Positions 28,382-37,220 of a stretch of DNA of 64,000 nt are shown piece after piece. The position numbers were made by a program, and so were the translations under genes. The number at the start of each line of letters is the position of its first letter. The first letter of the stretch is position 1. The stretch is from Chloroflexota bacterium (GTDB lineage: Bacteria; Chloroflexota; UBA11872): NCBI GenBank assembly GCA_028874175.1, contig JAPPLN010000117.1, forward strand, positions 3,938 to 67,937. Direction: 5' to 3'. Under the pieces are notes generated by a model. It was given only the letters and a program-made list of their open reading frames with translations. It searched no databases and was not told where the DNA came from.

Positions 28382-29017
28382 ATGCCGAACACGGAACAGG
28401 AAGCCGCGGCGCTTCCGCCAGAGCAGAGTTGGGACGCCATCCACGCCACCATGGACCGCGCACGGAGCTCCATGTACGTCGCCGGCATGGAATCGATCAT
28501 GCTGCTTTGGGGCGCGGTCGTGGCCCTGGGCCTGCTCGGGCAATACGCCCTGACGACCCTGGCGCCCGAATTTGCGACGGCCATTCCATGGTTCCCCGGG
28601 CCGCTTTGGGGCGTGCTGACAGCGGCCGGCGTGGCGGCCAGCGCCGTCCTCGGGCACCGCGCGAGCAACGAGAACGCTGTGGGTACCGCGGCGCGGAGGG
28701 CGGGGATCCGGGTGTTTTTCTTCTGGCTGACGGTGGCAAGCGCGGCATTCGTCATTCCAGCAGCGGCCGGCCTGTGGACGGCGGACGTCGAAGGGATCAC
28801 GATCGCGCGAGTTGCCGTGGGCATCGTGGCCCTGGGCTACGTCCTGTTCGGCATCATGCACCGCCCCGTGATCGCGGCCGTTGGGGTGGGCTTTGCGTTG
28901 GTGTTCTATCTGTCCAGCCACCTCGCGGGCGACGCCGCACCTGCGATTTCCGCCGTGGGGACGCTCGTCGTGGTTGCACTGGGATCGCTGTGGATCCGCG
29001 GGAGCAACAACCGTTGA
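28382..29017 (+). CDS. Hypothetical membrane protein (five or six TM helices) paired with the downstream winged-helix regulator
   Basis: The ATG at 28382 gives MPNTEQEAAALPPEQSWDAIHATM…, followed by multiple hydrophobic helices. Confidence 0.55.
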   Translation: MPNTEQEAAALPPEQSWDAIHATMDRARSSMYVAGMESIMLLWGAVVALGLLGQYALTTLAPEFATAIPWFPGPLWGVLTAAGVAASAVLGHRASNENAVGTAARRAGIRVFFFWLTVASAAFVIPAAAGLWTADVEGITIARVAVGIVALGYVLFGIMHRPVIAAVGVGFALVFYLSSHLAGDAAPAISAVGTLVVVALGSLWIRGSNNR

Positions 29018-29328
29018 CCGACGAGCCCATCGTCCTCAACGAGACCATTCACCAGTCGACGCGCCTGCGGATCATGACGATGGTGGTTGGTCAGGCCGAT
29101 TCGGACCGGTTGGCGTACGGGTTCATCCAGCAGACGCTGGACCTGACCGGCGGGAATCTGACCACCCACCTGCGCAAGCTCGAAGAGGCGGACTACCTGG
29201 TCATGACCAAGGAGTTTGTTGACTCCAAGCCGCGCACCTGGGTCCAGGCCACACCGGTGGGGCGCCGCGCCTTTACCGAGTACCTCGCCAACCTGGAGCG
29301 GGCGCTGAACTGGCAGCTGACCGCCTAG
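29014..29328 (+). CDS. Winged-helix transcriptional regulator (HTH_34/PadR-like wHTH)
   Basis: IHQSTRLRIMTMVVGQADSDRLAYGFIQQTLDLTGGNLTTHLRKLEEADYLVM is a classic wHTH. The TTG start at 29014 overlaps the upstream stop (TTGA) and has a GGGAG RBS 7 nt upstream. Confidence 0.55.
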   Translation: MTDEPIVLNETIHQSTRLRIMTMVVGQADSDRLAYGFIQQTLDLTGGNLTTHLRKLEEADYLVMTKEFVDSKPRTWVQATPVGRRAFTEYLANLERALNWQLTA

Positions 29329-29332
29329 CTCG

Positions 29333-29360
29333 CCGCGGCCTTGGATCTGCAGATCCGCGG
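29333..29360. terminator. GC-rich palindromic hairpin (CCGCGGCCTTGGATCTGCAGATCCGCGG) between convergent genes
   Basis: A perfect 14-nt palindrome GGATCTGCAGATCC flanked by self-complementary CCGCGG. It starts 5 nt after the regulator stop. Confidence 0.45.
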
Positions 29361-29409
29361 GGTGCGCTCGGGCGTGGGCCTGGGCCCTAAACCCGGACGG
29401 CTCCACGAC

Positions 29410-31242
29410 CTAGCGGCGCGTGACTCTATAGATGACCTTGCCGACATGGTCGCTGACGACCACGGCGCCGTCGGGTGCGATCACGACGTCGGTCGGCCGG
29501 TCGAGCCCGGTCACGAAGGGGTGAACGTCTCCCGTGTAGGTCTCGCCCCTGGGTTCCAGGCGCACGCGCAGCACGTTGTGGGTGTAAGAACTGCGGCCTA
29601 GTCCAGGTCCCCACGTTGCGATCAAGGCGTCACCCTCGAATTCGCCCGCCTGCGGGCCGGTAAAAAAGGTGATGCCCGCCGCAGCCGCGTGGGCGGGCAG
29701 CGCGGCCACAGGACCCACGACCGCGGAGTCCTCGGGCACCTCGTCCCAGACGTCCGGATGCCCGTAGTCGCGGCCTTCGATCACGTGGTTCAGTTCGTCC
29801 GGCGCGTCGTCGGCCGAACGTATTGGAACGTCGGGTGCGTTGTCCGTGCAGAACAACTGCCCGTTGGGTGCGAACGCCAGATCGAACGGGTTTCTGAACC
29901 CGCGCGCCACCACCTCAACGCGCGATCCGTCCGGCGCAATGCGCAGGATCGTGCCCGAAAGCTCGGTCTCCGGCTCTTCGCCCAGGTTGCTGGTGCTGCC
30001 GACCGCCACATAAAGCAGGCCATCCGGTCCGACGACGATGCCGTTGTTGCGATGGAGCAGTTCGGCCTGTTCCGGCAGGCCGGTCACGATCTCCACGGAC
30101 TCGTCCGCGGCGCCCGTCCCGCTCGTGTCGCGCAGCCGGATGATCTTCTTTCGCACGGACGCGTACACGGCGTCCCCGATGAAGGCCACGCCGCGCGGCT
30201 CGTCGACCCCGAGCGGATCCAGCCCCTGGGCAAAGGCGACCGGGGCCTCGGCGCCAGGGACGCCGGCATGCGTCAGGATCGCGTTGTTCGACATCGAGAT
30301 GTAGAGCCGATCATCGGGACCAAAAGCCAGGGCGACCGGCAGCCCAAGCTCGGACGTATCGAGCACCGGCACCATGCGGAAGCCGGCTGGCGGTCGGGGC
30401 GCGCCGGCGACGACCGCGCCCACCTGGCGTTCAAGCACTTCCAAATCGACCCGATCGCCGACGTTCAGCGGGCTGGCGGAGCGAAAGCTGCGAATCAGGG
30501 TCCACAGGCCGGCCGGGTAGGCACGATTCCGCACCGCATCGCCGCTCAGGCGTAGACGTACCGGTTCGGCGCGGCCTGGAGCGAATTCCAGCACGCCGGC
30601 CTGAAAGTACTGCCGAATAACGCCGGGCTCGGCCGTCGGGTCGATCACGGTGTCCGGCTCGCCGGTGTCGCGACGGGCTTCGGTCTTCGGGAACCCAAGT
30701 CCGGTCACGCCACCCAGCGCCTGGAACGCGTCGAGGAATCCGATATCGTCGCCGTCGACGGACTGGTTCGACACTACGTGCCCAAAAGAACCTACGGCCA
30801 TGCCCCCGAATGGGTTGGTGGTTCCCGCTTCAGAGCCCAGATCGGGGCTCCCGTCCAGCCCACCGCCAATGAAATCCCATACCGGGCGTGGGATGGGTTC
30901 GCTGGCTTCGCCCGACCACTCCATCACGCCGCGCTGGAAGTACTGGACCAGCAGGCTGTTCTCGATCAGCGGTTCAGAAACCGGATGGCCCCAACGCCAC
31001 AAGCCGCCGGATGCGTGGTAGTAGGTCAGGAACGAGGCCGCGCGCGCAACGCCGTCAAGGTAGACCGTCAGATTGGCAATGTTGTGGCCCAGCGCCGAGT
31101 CGAACGCTACGCGCGCAACCCAAACGCCGCGCACCGCGGACAACGCGCTCGTCCGGCGCGCCAGCAGCGCCGGAAGGGAGAGCGCCGCGGCTGTGAGTAA
31201 AGCGCGGCGGCCAACACGGCTGCCGGCTCGTGCTACAGGCAT
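29410..31242 (-). CDS. Tat-secreted protein with N-terminal LGFP repeats fused to a soluble quinoprotein (PQQ-type) glucose/sorbosone dehydrogenase-like beta-propeller
   Basis: The start at 31242 gives MPVARAGSRVGRRALLTAAALSLPALLA. LGFP-like repeats: GHPVSEP…QYFQRGVMEW and GFPKTEA…QYFQAGVLEF. The C-terminal NPFDLAFAPNGQLFCTDNAPD…NHVIEGRDYGHP matches the GSDH family. Confidence 0.75.
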   Translation of the reverse strand: MPVARAGSRVGRRALLTAAALSLPALLARRTSALSAVRGVWVARVAFDSALGHNIANLTVYLDGVARAASFLTYYHASGGLWRWGHPVSEPLIENSLLVQYFQRGVMEWSGEASEPIPRPVWDFIGGGLDGSPDLGSEAGTTNPFGGMAVGSFGHVVSNQSVDGDDIGFLDAFQALGGVTGLGFPKTEARRDTGEPDTVIDPTAEPGVIRQYFQAGVLEFAPGRAEPVRLRLSGDAVRNRAYPAGLWTLIRSFRSASPLNVGDRVDLEVLERQVGAVVAGAPRPPAGFRMVPVLDTSELGLPVALAFGPDDRLYISMSNNAILTHAGVPGAEAPVAFAQGLDPLGVDEPRGVAFIGDAVYASVRKKIIRLRDTSGTGAADESVEIVTGLPEQAELLHRNNGIVVGPDGLLYVAVGSTSNLGEEPETELSGTILRIAPDGSRVEVVARGFRNPFDLAFAPNGQLFCTDNAPDVPIRSADDAPDELNHVIEGRDYGHPDVWDEVPEDSAVVGPVAALPAHAAAAGITFFTGPQAGEFEGDALIATWGPGLGRSSYTHNVLRVRLEPRGETYTGDVHPFVTGLDRPTDVVIAPDGAVVVSDHVGKVIYRVTRR

Positions 31243-31351
31243 AGTAAGCGGACCCGCCAGAAACGCTTGAGGGTGCGTGAACACGCAATGGTAGCGAGAC
31301 CCTTGGTCGGCTTCCCTATACTCATTGCATCCCACCCGCAGGTGAACCCCT

Positions 31352-32008
31352 ATGGCATCGCGCCGTCGCCGCCGCACGCGCCGCCAGTCCAGCGCCGCAC
31401 CCAGCAAGAGTCGCTCGTCGAGCTCCGACAAGAGCGGCAAGCGGGATCAGCGCAAGGGCGGGCAGCGCAACCAGCAGAAGGGCGGCCTGGGGCGCGGGTT
31501 CTGGCTGTACATGATCGCGGTGATGGCCCTGTTCATTCCGCTCAACCTGTATTGCCTGAATCAGGCCAGCCCTCCGGGCCCTGGCGAAGAGACCCAGCAA
31601 CAGGCGGCCGCGATTCTGAACTCCGTGAACGACCCGCATGAGCCCTACGCCACCGATCCGCCGACCTCGGGGCCGCACGTGACGCAACTGGCCGCGCATG
31701 GCTATCGGACCGACACCCTGGTGGACGAGATTCAGGTCGCGAACCTCTCACGCGGCTTCGTGATCGTCCACTTCAAGGACGCCGGATTGGAAGCCGAGAT
31801 GCGGCAGTTGGCCGCGGAGTTCGAGGGACACGACGTGATCGTGCAGCCGGACGCCAACCTGCCGGCCGAGACCGCGGTGGCGCTGACGGCCTGGGGCCGG
31901 ATCGAGCGTCTGGACAACTACGACAAAGGCCGCGTTTACAACTTCGTGCGCAATTACGCGGGTCTAGGTCAGCCGCCGGCGACCCCGGCTGCCGGCGGCG
32001 GTGGCTGA
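31352..32008 (+). CDS. DUF3105-family membrane-anchored protein
   Basis: Basic N-terminus, one TM helix, then TSGPHV…GYRTD…RGFVIVHFKD, consistent with DUF3105. Confidence 0.6.
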   Translation: MASRRRRRTRRQSSAAPSKSRSSSSDKSGKRDQRKGGQRNQQKGGLGRGFWLYMIAVMALFIPLNLYCLNQASPPGPGEETQQQAAAILNSVNDPHEPYATDPPTSGPHVTQLAAHGYRTDTLVDEIQVANLSRGFVIVHFKDAGLEAEMRQLAAEFEGHDVIVQPDANLPAETAVALTAWGRIERLDNYDKGRVYNFVRNYAGLGQPPATPAAGGGG

Positions 32009-35000
32009 CTTACCCGCAACTGCACCGGGCCGAGCAGCCCTGAGACGAGCGACTCAGCCTCGATGTTGTCCTCGTGCCAGTAGCGGTGCCAGGCGTTGCC
32101 CATCTTCGTCTCGTCCCGCTTCCAGCGCATTTCGTTGGCGTAGAGGTTGCTCACCCGCACGCGCAGGTTGTTGGACCCGGTCTGAACGAAGCCGCTGAGA
32201 TTGAACCGGTAGGGCGGCCAGAGCCGCACGTCGACGCGCCGGTTGTTGACGAAGACCTCGGCGTGATGGCGCACGTCGCCCAAATCCAGCGTCACCTCCG
32301 ACGTCGCTTGCTCGGCCGTGAGCTCGAAGCTGCGCTCGTAGACGCCGGCGCCGGAATACCAGCCGTATCCAAAGTTCGCCCACGGTTGCAGGGCAATAGT
32401 CGTCGGCCGCGTAAACAGCGCCAGCGGCGCCAGGATGCCGTTGGAGAACTCGGCCGCCTCGATTTCCACGGTCAGCAGCCGGCCGGTCGTGATGTTGTAG
32501 ATGCCCTGAATGTCGGGGGTGCGTTCGCGGACATCCACGTACACCTTGTGGGTGCCCTTGATGTTTGGAATGCCAATGCCAACACAGCCGACCGGCAGGC
32601 GTTGCCGGTACACGAGCGTCCGAGGGAACGCCACGGGCTCGCCCAGCAGCGGGATGTGTCGCCACGGCTCAACCGGCGGACGGCCGCGCTCCCAGGTCAC
32701 CAGCGGGGTGTCCCGCTCGTACGCCAAACCGGACCACACCTCGGCCGGCGGGGCCTGCACTTCCCATTCGTCGTCGGACACGATGACGATGGAGCCGCCC
32801 GAGCGCAGGTCGATCTGCCCTTCGAAGAGGAATGAAATCGGCGCGTCGGACACGCACTCCACGTCCGCGACGATAGTGTTCTGACCCGGACGCAGGTAGG
32901 GCATGATGTTGTAGGTGACGGGGCTGGACCAGTCCTCGGACTCGCCCAGTTGCGTGCCGTTCATGTACACGGCCACGCGGTCCGCACCCACGAATGTGGC
33001 CCAGGCCTTAATGGGCGGCTCGGTCAGTTCGATCGTGCGCATGAACCGCAGGCGCCGGTGTTGGTCGCTCGTGCGCTTGACCGCCCAGCCGCCGTGCTTC
33101 CGAACCCCGGCGATCCAACTGGCTCGCCAGTTGCCGATGGTGTCGGCCCCGGCCTGCGCCAGCCAGGTCTCGGGCCACTCGGAATCGTCGAACAACGGGT
33201 CACGAAGTTGCTCCAGGCGGCCCGCGCCCAACGAGAAGCTGGCGACGCGCATGACCGGCAGTTCGAAACGCCGAATCGATCCCTGGCCCGTCGGAATCCC
33301 ACCGTCCAGCGCGAAGGTCCAGTCCGTCTTGAACTCCAGATCCTTCAGCTGCGGCTTGGTGCTGCGGGGCGCGCGCTGGCGCGAAGCCCGGACCGAGGTG
33401 TCGAAGACAACAACGTGGGCCGCGCGGGGCGGCAGGTCCAACGTAAATCGCCGCCTTCGGCGCGATCTGGTCGTCGCCAGCGGCTCGGTGCCGCCGGTCT
33501 CGGGGTCCCAGACCTCGGGGCGCCCGGGCACATCCGTAGTGACGGTGGCCGTGGCCTCGTCAGGGGATCGGTTGACGACCAGGAGCACCTCCGCGCCGTC
33601 GAGCCGTCGCGGCACGACGATCACGTCGGCTTCGCTGTCGACCGTCGTGCCGGGGGCGAGGATCTGGGCAATCCGCTCGAGCGCGTCCGGCAACTGCTCG
33701 GGAACCTGGAATGTTCGGCCCTTGCCGACGGTTGTTCCTCCCGGCGTCTCGGAAGTGTCCTTAAAGAGCGCCCCTACGGCGCGCGTGATCGAGCGATGTC
33801 TCCAACCGCCCTCGCTGCTGCCTGATGGACACTCGCCCATCACGATGAGCTGCCCGCCCGAGCGCACAAAGGCGCCCAGTCGGCGCATCGCCCGTGGGCC
33901 AATGACGGGCGTCGGCGGCAGGATCAAGCTCGTCACGGTCAGCGCACCCTGCCGGAGGCGGCCGTTTTCAAGACGAGCGTTCCCGTGGCTGATGAACCGT
34001 TCGTCCACGATCTGCACGTCGATACTGGCGTCGGTCAGACCGTCGATGAGACCCTCGTACGCCTCCGCGATCTCGCGCGCTCGCGCATTGGGCCGGCCGT
34101 CGGCGGTATTGGCGGCGATGCTGGTCCAGGGATACAGCACACCGACCGTGGTGGCGGATCTCGAATGTCCCACCACCGCCGACAAGCGGGCCATGTAGTC
34201 CGACAGACCCTTGAAGTGGGACCAGTACGGGTTCTGATGGCCAAAGCTCGGCGGCCAATCGTCGGCCGCCTCCGCGGTGGCCATGGAGTAGAAGAGCCCG
34301 TGGAGCACCAGCATGTTGACGCCGTAGGCGGCCAGCAAATTGGCGCCGTGCCGAATCTCGTCCAGCGTGACACCCCAGCCGGCGCCGCCGAAGGCCTCGG
34401 CCATCACGCGCGGCCGACCCGCCATGGCCGCGACCGACACGGCCGGTTTGACCTCGGCCGCCTGGACGGTTCGCGGTCGGGCGTAGCGAAATCCGTGATG
34501 ATCGGTACCCGGAATCGTGAGGTGGCGCAGGCCGCGGAAGTAGTCCCCCTGCCGGGCCGGATGGGAAGCCACGTGCTCTTCGGTGTGCCCCGTCCACTCC
34601 AGGCCGCGGCGCTGGCACCACGCGCTGATCTGCGCGAACCACGCCTCCTCGTACAGCGCGGCCACCGTGTCATAGAAGTCGCAGCGAACCTTGACGGTAT
34701 TGTTCCCGCCCCGCAGCACGAGCAGTGGGAGTGAGGTCAGCAGGTCGTATCCCTTGTCCTGTTTGAACCGAGCCGGCAGGCCGTCGGTCCAGGGCATTGG
34801 CTCGGCGGCGATGTACGGCTCGTCGAAAAAGACGCCGGGAATGCCGTCGCCAAACGCATCCGCATGGCGCTCGGCGTAGCGTTCGTAGGCGGCGTCCAGG
34901 AAGGTCTTAACCGTCGCGGGGCGCAGGTAGTCGATCCGGTCGTCAACGGTGCGAACGGAGAAACCGAAAACACGCCAGACGCCCTCGGGGCACTCCCAGG

Positions 35001-35526
35001 TGTTCAGCTTGGTCACGTCCACCAACGTCTCGGGATCCAGATCGCCATCCGCGTCAAGCCGGGCGGCGACCTGGACCAGCGGCGTCCCGGTTGGGTAGCG
35101 GCCTTCGAGCCCGACCTCAGCCGGACCTTCGACCTCGTGGATCATGCGCGTGAGGGTCTTGGCGTAGTGCTCGCTGCCCTGGGCGAGGACGGCGGATTCG
35201 GTCTGACCGTTGCGGCCGCCGGGCGAACCGGCGGATCCGCTGGGCCAGGCGTATTCGTCGTAAATCCAGGTCTTGAGGCCGGCGTCGCGACCCTTGCGAA
35301 CGGCAAAGTCGACGGCGTCCCACCACCGCTCGCCAAGGTAGGGGGTCTGCAAGCTCTCGCGGGCGTGCATAAACACGCCGCCGATGCCTTTGTCCGCGAA
35401 CTCCCTAATTTGTCGACCAAGCTCGGCTTCGTGCAGCCGGCCGTTCCAAAACCAGAGCGCCAGCGGCGCATATTCGCCGTCCGGCTTGACAAACGACGTT
35501 CGCAGACGATCAAGTGCTCGGCTCAA
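31969..35526 (-). CDS. Large (1185-aa) cytoplasmic multidomain glycoside hydrolase-like protein of uncertain family
   Basis: No signal peptide. N-terminus LALWFWNGRLHEAELGRQIREFADKGIGGVFMHAR…WIYDEYAWPSG. The middle segment LILPPTPVIGPRAMRRLGAFVRSGGQLIVMGECP resembles a GH42 trimerisation/A4-type domain. C-terminal beta-sandwich sugar-binding-like domains. Confidence 0.7.
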   Translation of the reverse strand: MSRALDRLRTSFVKPDGEYAPLALWFWNGRLHEAELGRQIREFADKGIGGVFMHARESLQTPYLGERWWDAVDFAVRKGRDAGLKTWIYDEYAWPSGSAGSPGGRNGQTESAVLAQGSEHYAKTLTRMIHEVEGPAEVGLEGRYPTGTPLVQVAARLDADGDLDPETLVDVTKLNTWECPEGVWRVFGFSVRTVDDRIDYLRPATVKTFLDAAYERYAERHADAFGDGIPGVFFDEPYIAAEPMPWTDGLPARFKQDKGYDLLTSLPLLVLRGGNNTVKVRCDFYDTVAALYEEAWFAQISAWCQRRGLEWTGHTEEHVASHPARQGDYFRGLRHLTIPGTDHHGFRYARPRTVQAAEVKPAVSVAAMAGRPRVMAEAFGGAGWGVTLDEIRHGANLLAAYGVNMLVLHGLFYSMATAEAADDWPPSFGHQNPYWSHFKGLSDYMARLSAVVGHSRSATTVGVLYPWTSIAANTADGRPNARAREIAEAYEGLIDGLTDASIDVQIVDERFISHGNARLENGRLRQGALTVTSLILPPTPVIGPRAMRRLGAFVRSGGQLIVMGECPSGSSEGGWRHRSITRAVGALFKDTSETPGGTTVGKGRTFQVPEQLPDALERIAQILAPGTTVDSEADVIVVPRRLDGAEVLLVVNRSPDEATATVTTDVPGRPEVWDPETGGTEPLATTRSRRRRRFTLDLPPRAAHVVVFDTSVRASRQRAPRSTKPQLKDLEFKTDWTFALDGGIPTGQGSIRRFELPVMRVASFSLGAGRLEQLRDPLFDDSEWPETWLAQAGADTIGNWRASWIAGVRKHGGWAVKRTSDQHRRLRFMRTIELTEPPIKAWATFVGADRVAVYMNGTQLGESEDWSSPVTYNIMPYLRPGQNTIVADVECVSDAPISFLFEGQIDLRSGGSIVIVSDDEWEVQAPPAEVWSGLAYERDTPLVTWERGRPPVEPWRHIPLLGEPVAFPRTLVYRQRLPVGCVGIGIPNIKGTHKVYVDVRERTPDIQGIYNITTGRLLTVEIEAAEFSNGILAPLALFTRPTTIALQPWANFGYGWYSGAGVYERSFELTAEQATSEVTLDLGDVRHHAEVFVNNRRVDVRLWPPYRFNLSGFVQTGSNNLRVRVSNLYANEMRWKRDETKMGNAWHRYWHEDNIEAESLVSGLLGPVQLRVSQPPPPAAGVAGG

Positions 35527-35654
35527 GGTAATTCAATCCTGACGGGGGAGCGCGGGCGGCGCGCACCGGCGGGTCATAGTCAGCGCCGGCGCAAGTTAAA
35601 GGGCGCGACGTGTGGGTAGTGGGCGGTCGGAGCGTTGTGCCGGAGCGGCACTAA

Positions 35655-35688
35655 GGCGTAATTATAAGGAAAGGCGGCAAATTACGCC
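35655..35688. promoter_or_regulatory. AT-rich 9-bp perfect inverted repeat GGCGTAATT-N16-AATTACGCC upstream of the GH gene; a candidate operator
   Basis: Read directly. It lies about 130-160 nt upstream of the GH start at 35526, in an otherwise GC-rich intergenic region. Confidence 0.35.
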
Positions 35689-35828
35689 AAATTGGTAGAC
35701 ATAACACGGGTCTTGAAGCTCATCGGGCACGCTCGTTGCCTGGCCGCCGCTGGCTCCGGGCAGACTTGCCGGGGGCCAGCGGCGGGCTGTTGAGCGCTTG
35801 AACTGGCGCCGGACCTCGCCGCGTTGGC

Positions 35829-36989
35829 CTATTCCACCGGCCACCCGTCCGGCAGGTCGTTGGCGTCCAGGGCCGACTGAATGGCGGCTGCGGCGTCGGC
35901 GGTCACCCACCCGGTCCAGATGCCCGGGTTGCTCTTCAGCCACCAGAGCGCGGCGTCGTTGGTGCTGGCGCCGTCGTTTTCCCGCTGCCATTGGGCAATC
36001 GCGCTGTAGACCTCAATGTTGAGGCCCCAGGCCCGCAACATCTCCACCACGTCGGGCGCGCCGGTCAGAACGTCGGGATGCACCGCGATCAGAATCGTGG
36101 CGTCTTCGTAGGCGCAGGCCTTGGTGGTGAACCAGCATTCGTCACTGTATTCGGGCTCCTTGAGCCGCACGAGGTCCAACACCAGCGACGGATCGTTCGT
36201 GCCCCATTGGTAACCAAGCCAGGGCTCGCCCCGCTCATAGGCGCCGTACAGGTCGGCATTCGCTGCCGCGCCGTCACCCGGATTGACGATATGCACGTGA
36301 TCCGACAGGCCGTAAGCCTCAATCTGGGCGGCGTTCACCTCTTCACAGGCCCAGCCGATCACACACGACACCAGGCGCGCTTTGTCGCCGGATTCCGTCG
36401 TGCGAAACAACGCTTTGAACTTCTCTTCTTTCAAGTCCTCCACGCTATCTAAATCCGGATATTCCTCCTGGAGGTAGGCCGGAATGACGAACGAGGATTG
36501 CCAGTCTTTACCCAGACTCTCACCGATCGGGGCCACTTCGCCCGCAGCCACTGCCTCTCCCCACGCTTCATCCTGGTTAGGCAGCCATATCTCCATCGTG
36601 ATATGGGTGTCACCGCGCCGCAGGCCCTGAAACAACGGCAGCGTGGCGCCGAACACGACGTCGGTGGGATATCCATAGCCCTTTTCAACGATGTACTGCG
36701 CAATCCGATTCTGTATCTGGGCACTGCTCCAGTTGAGGTCGCTGAAGATGAGGGTTTGTTTTTCTCTGGCTTCCGGCGTAACGACCTTTTCAACTACAAC
36801 TTCAACAACTTTCTCGACAGGAACTTCCCTCTCAACTACAACCTCTTTGACCTCAGTCTGTACTACCGTGACAACTCTCTCGACAGGAACTTCAACGGTT
36901 TTGGTTTCCCCACATGCAGCCGCGACGATGCCTCCTGCGAAGCTCAGCACACCCAGCCGCAACACCCGGCGTCTGCTGATAGATTTCAT
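35829..36989 (-). CDS. opuAC: Glycine betaine/proline ABC transporter substrate-binding lipoprotein (OpuAC/ProX family) with a Val/Glu-rich repeat linker
   Basis: Signal plus lipobox (VAAACGE), the linker TKTVEVPVERVVTVVQTEVKEVVVEREVPVEKVVEVVVEKVV, then an OpuAC-like fold. Confidence 0.85.
   Translation of the reverse strand: MKSISRRRVLRLGVLSFAGGIVAAACGETKTVEVPVERVVTVVQTEVKEVVVEREVPVEKVVEVVVEKVVTPEAREKQTLIFSDLNWSSAQIQNRIAQYIVEKGYGYPTDVVFGATLPLFQGLRRGDTHITMEIWLPNQDEAWGEAVAAGEVAPIGESLGKDWQSSFVIPAYLQEEYPDLDSVEDLKEEKFKALFRTTESGDKARLVSCVIGWACEEVNAAQIEAYGLSDHVHIVNPGDGAAANADLYGAYERGEPWLGYQWGTNDPSLVLDLVRLKEPEYSDECWFTTKACAYEDATILIAVHPDVLTGAPDVVEMLRAWGLNIEVYSAIAQWQRENDGASTNDAALWWLKSNPGIWTGWVTADAAAAIQSALDANDLPDGWPVE
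36764..36908. repeat. Low-GC tandem-repeat DNA encoding the OpuAC VE-rich linker
   Basis: Imperfect repeats of caacttc/aacaactttctcgacaggaacttc. They use AT-rich codons (GTT, GAA, AAA) that are atypical for this genome. Confidence 0.6.
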
Positions 36990-37069
36990 AGCAAGACCTC
37001 CACATCCACTTCACGCCGGACGACCAAAGCGGCCCTCCGCTGCAACTGGCTGCCGCAACGAGAATTGCA

Positions 37070-37104
37070 TATTAAAATCATCAATAGATTTGCAATTTGC
37101 GAGC
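37070..37104. promoter_or_regulatory. AT-rich inverted repeat AATTGCA-N21-TGCAATT inside the 231-nt opuAB-opuAC spacer
   Basis: Read directly. It is the most AT-rich 40 nt of the operon. Confidence 0.25.
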
Positions 37105-37220
37105 AGCACTCTGTAGGCGTAGCCTGCACCCTATCAGCACGCACCTGCCTTGTCAAATAAATCGAAAGAACGGCCGATCCTTGCGCGGCCTTTTCCCAAG
37201 GCTTGGCGCGCTCGCCGCAA

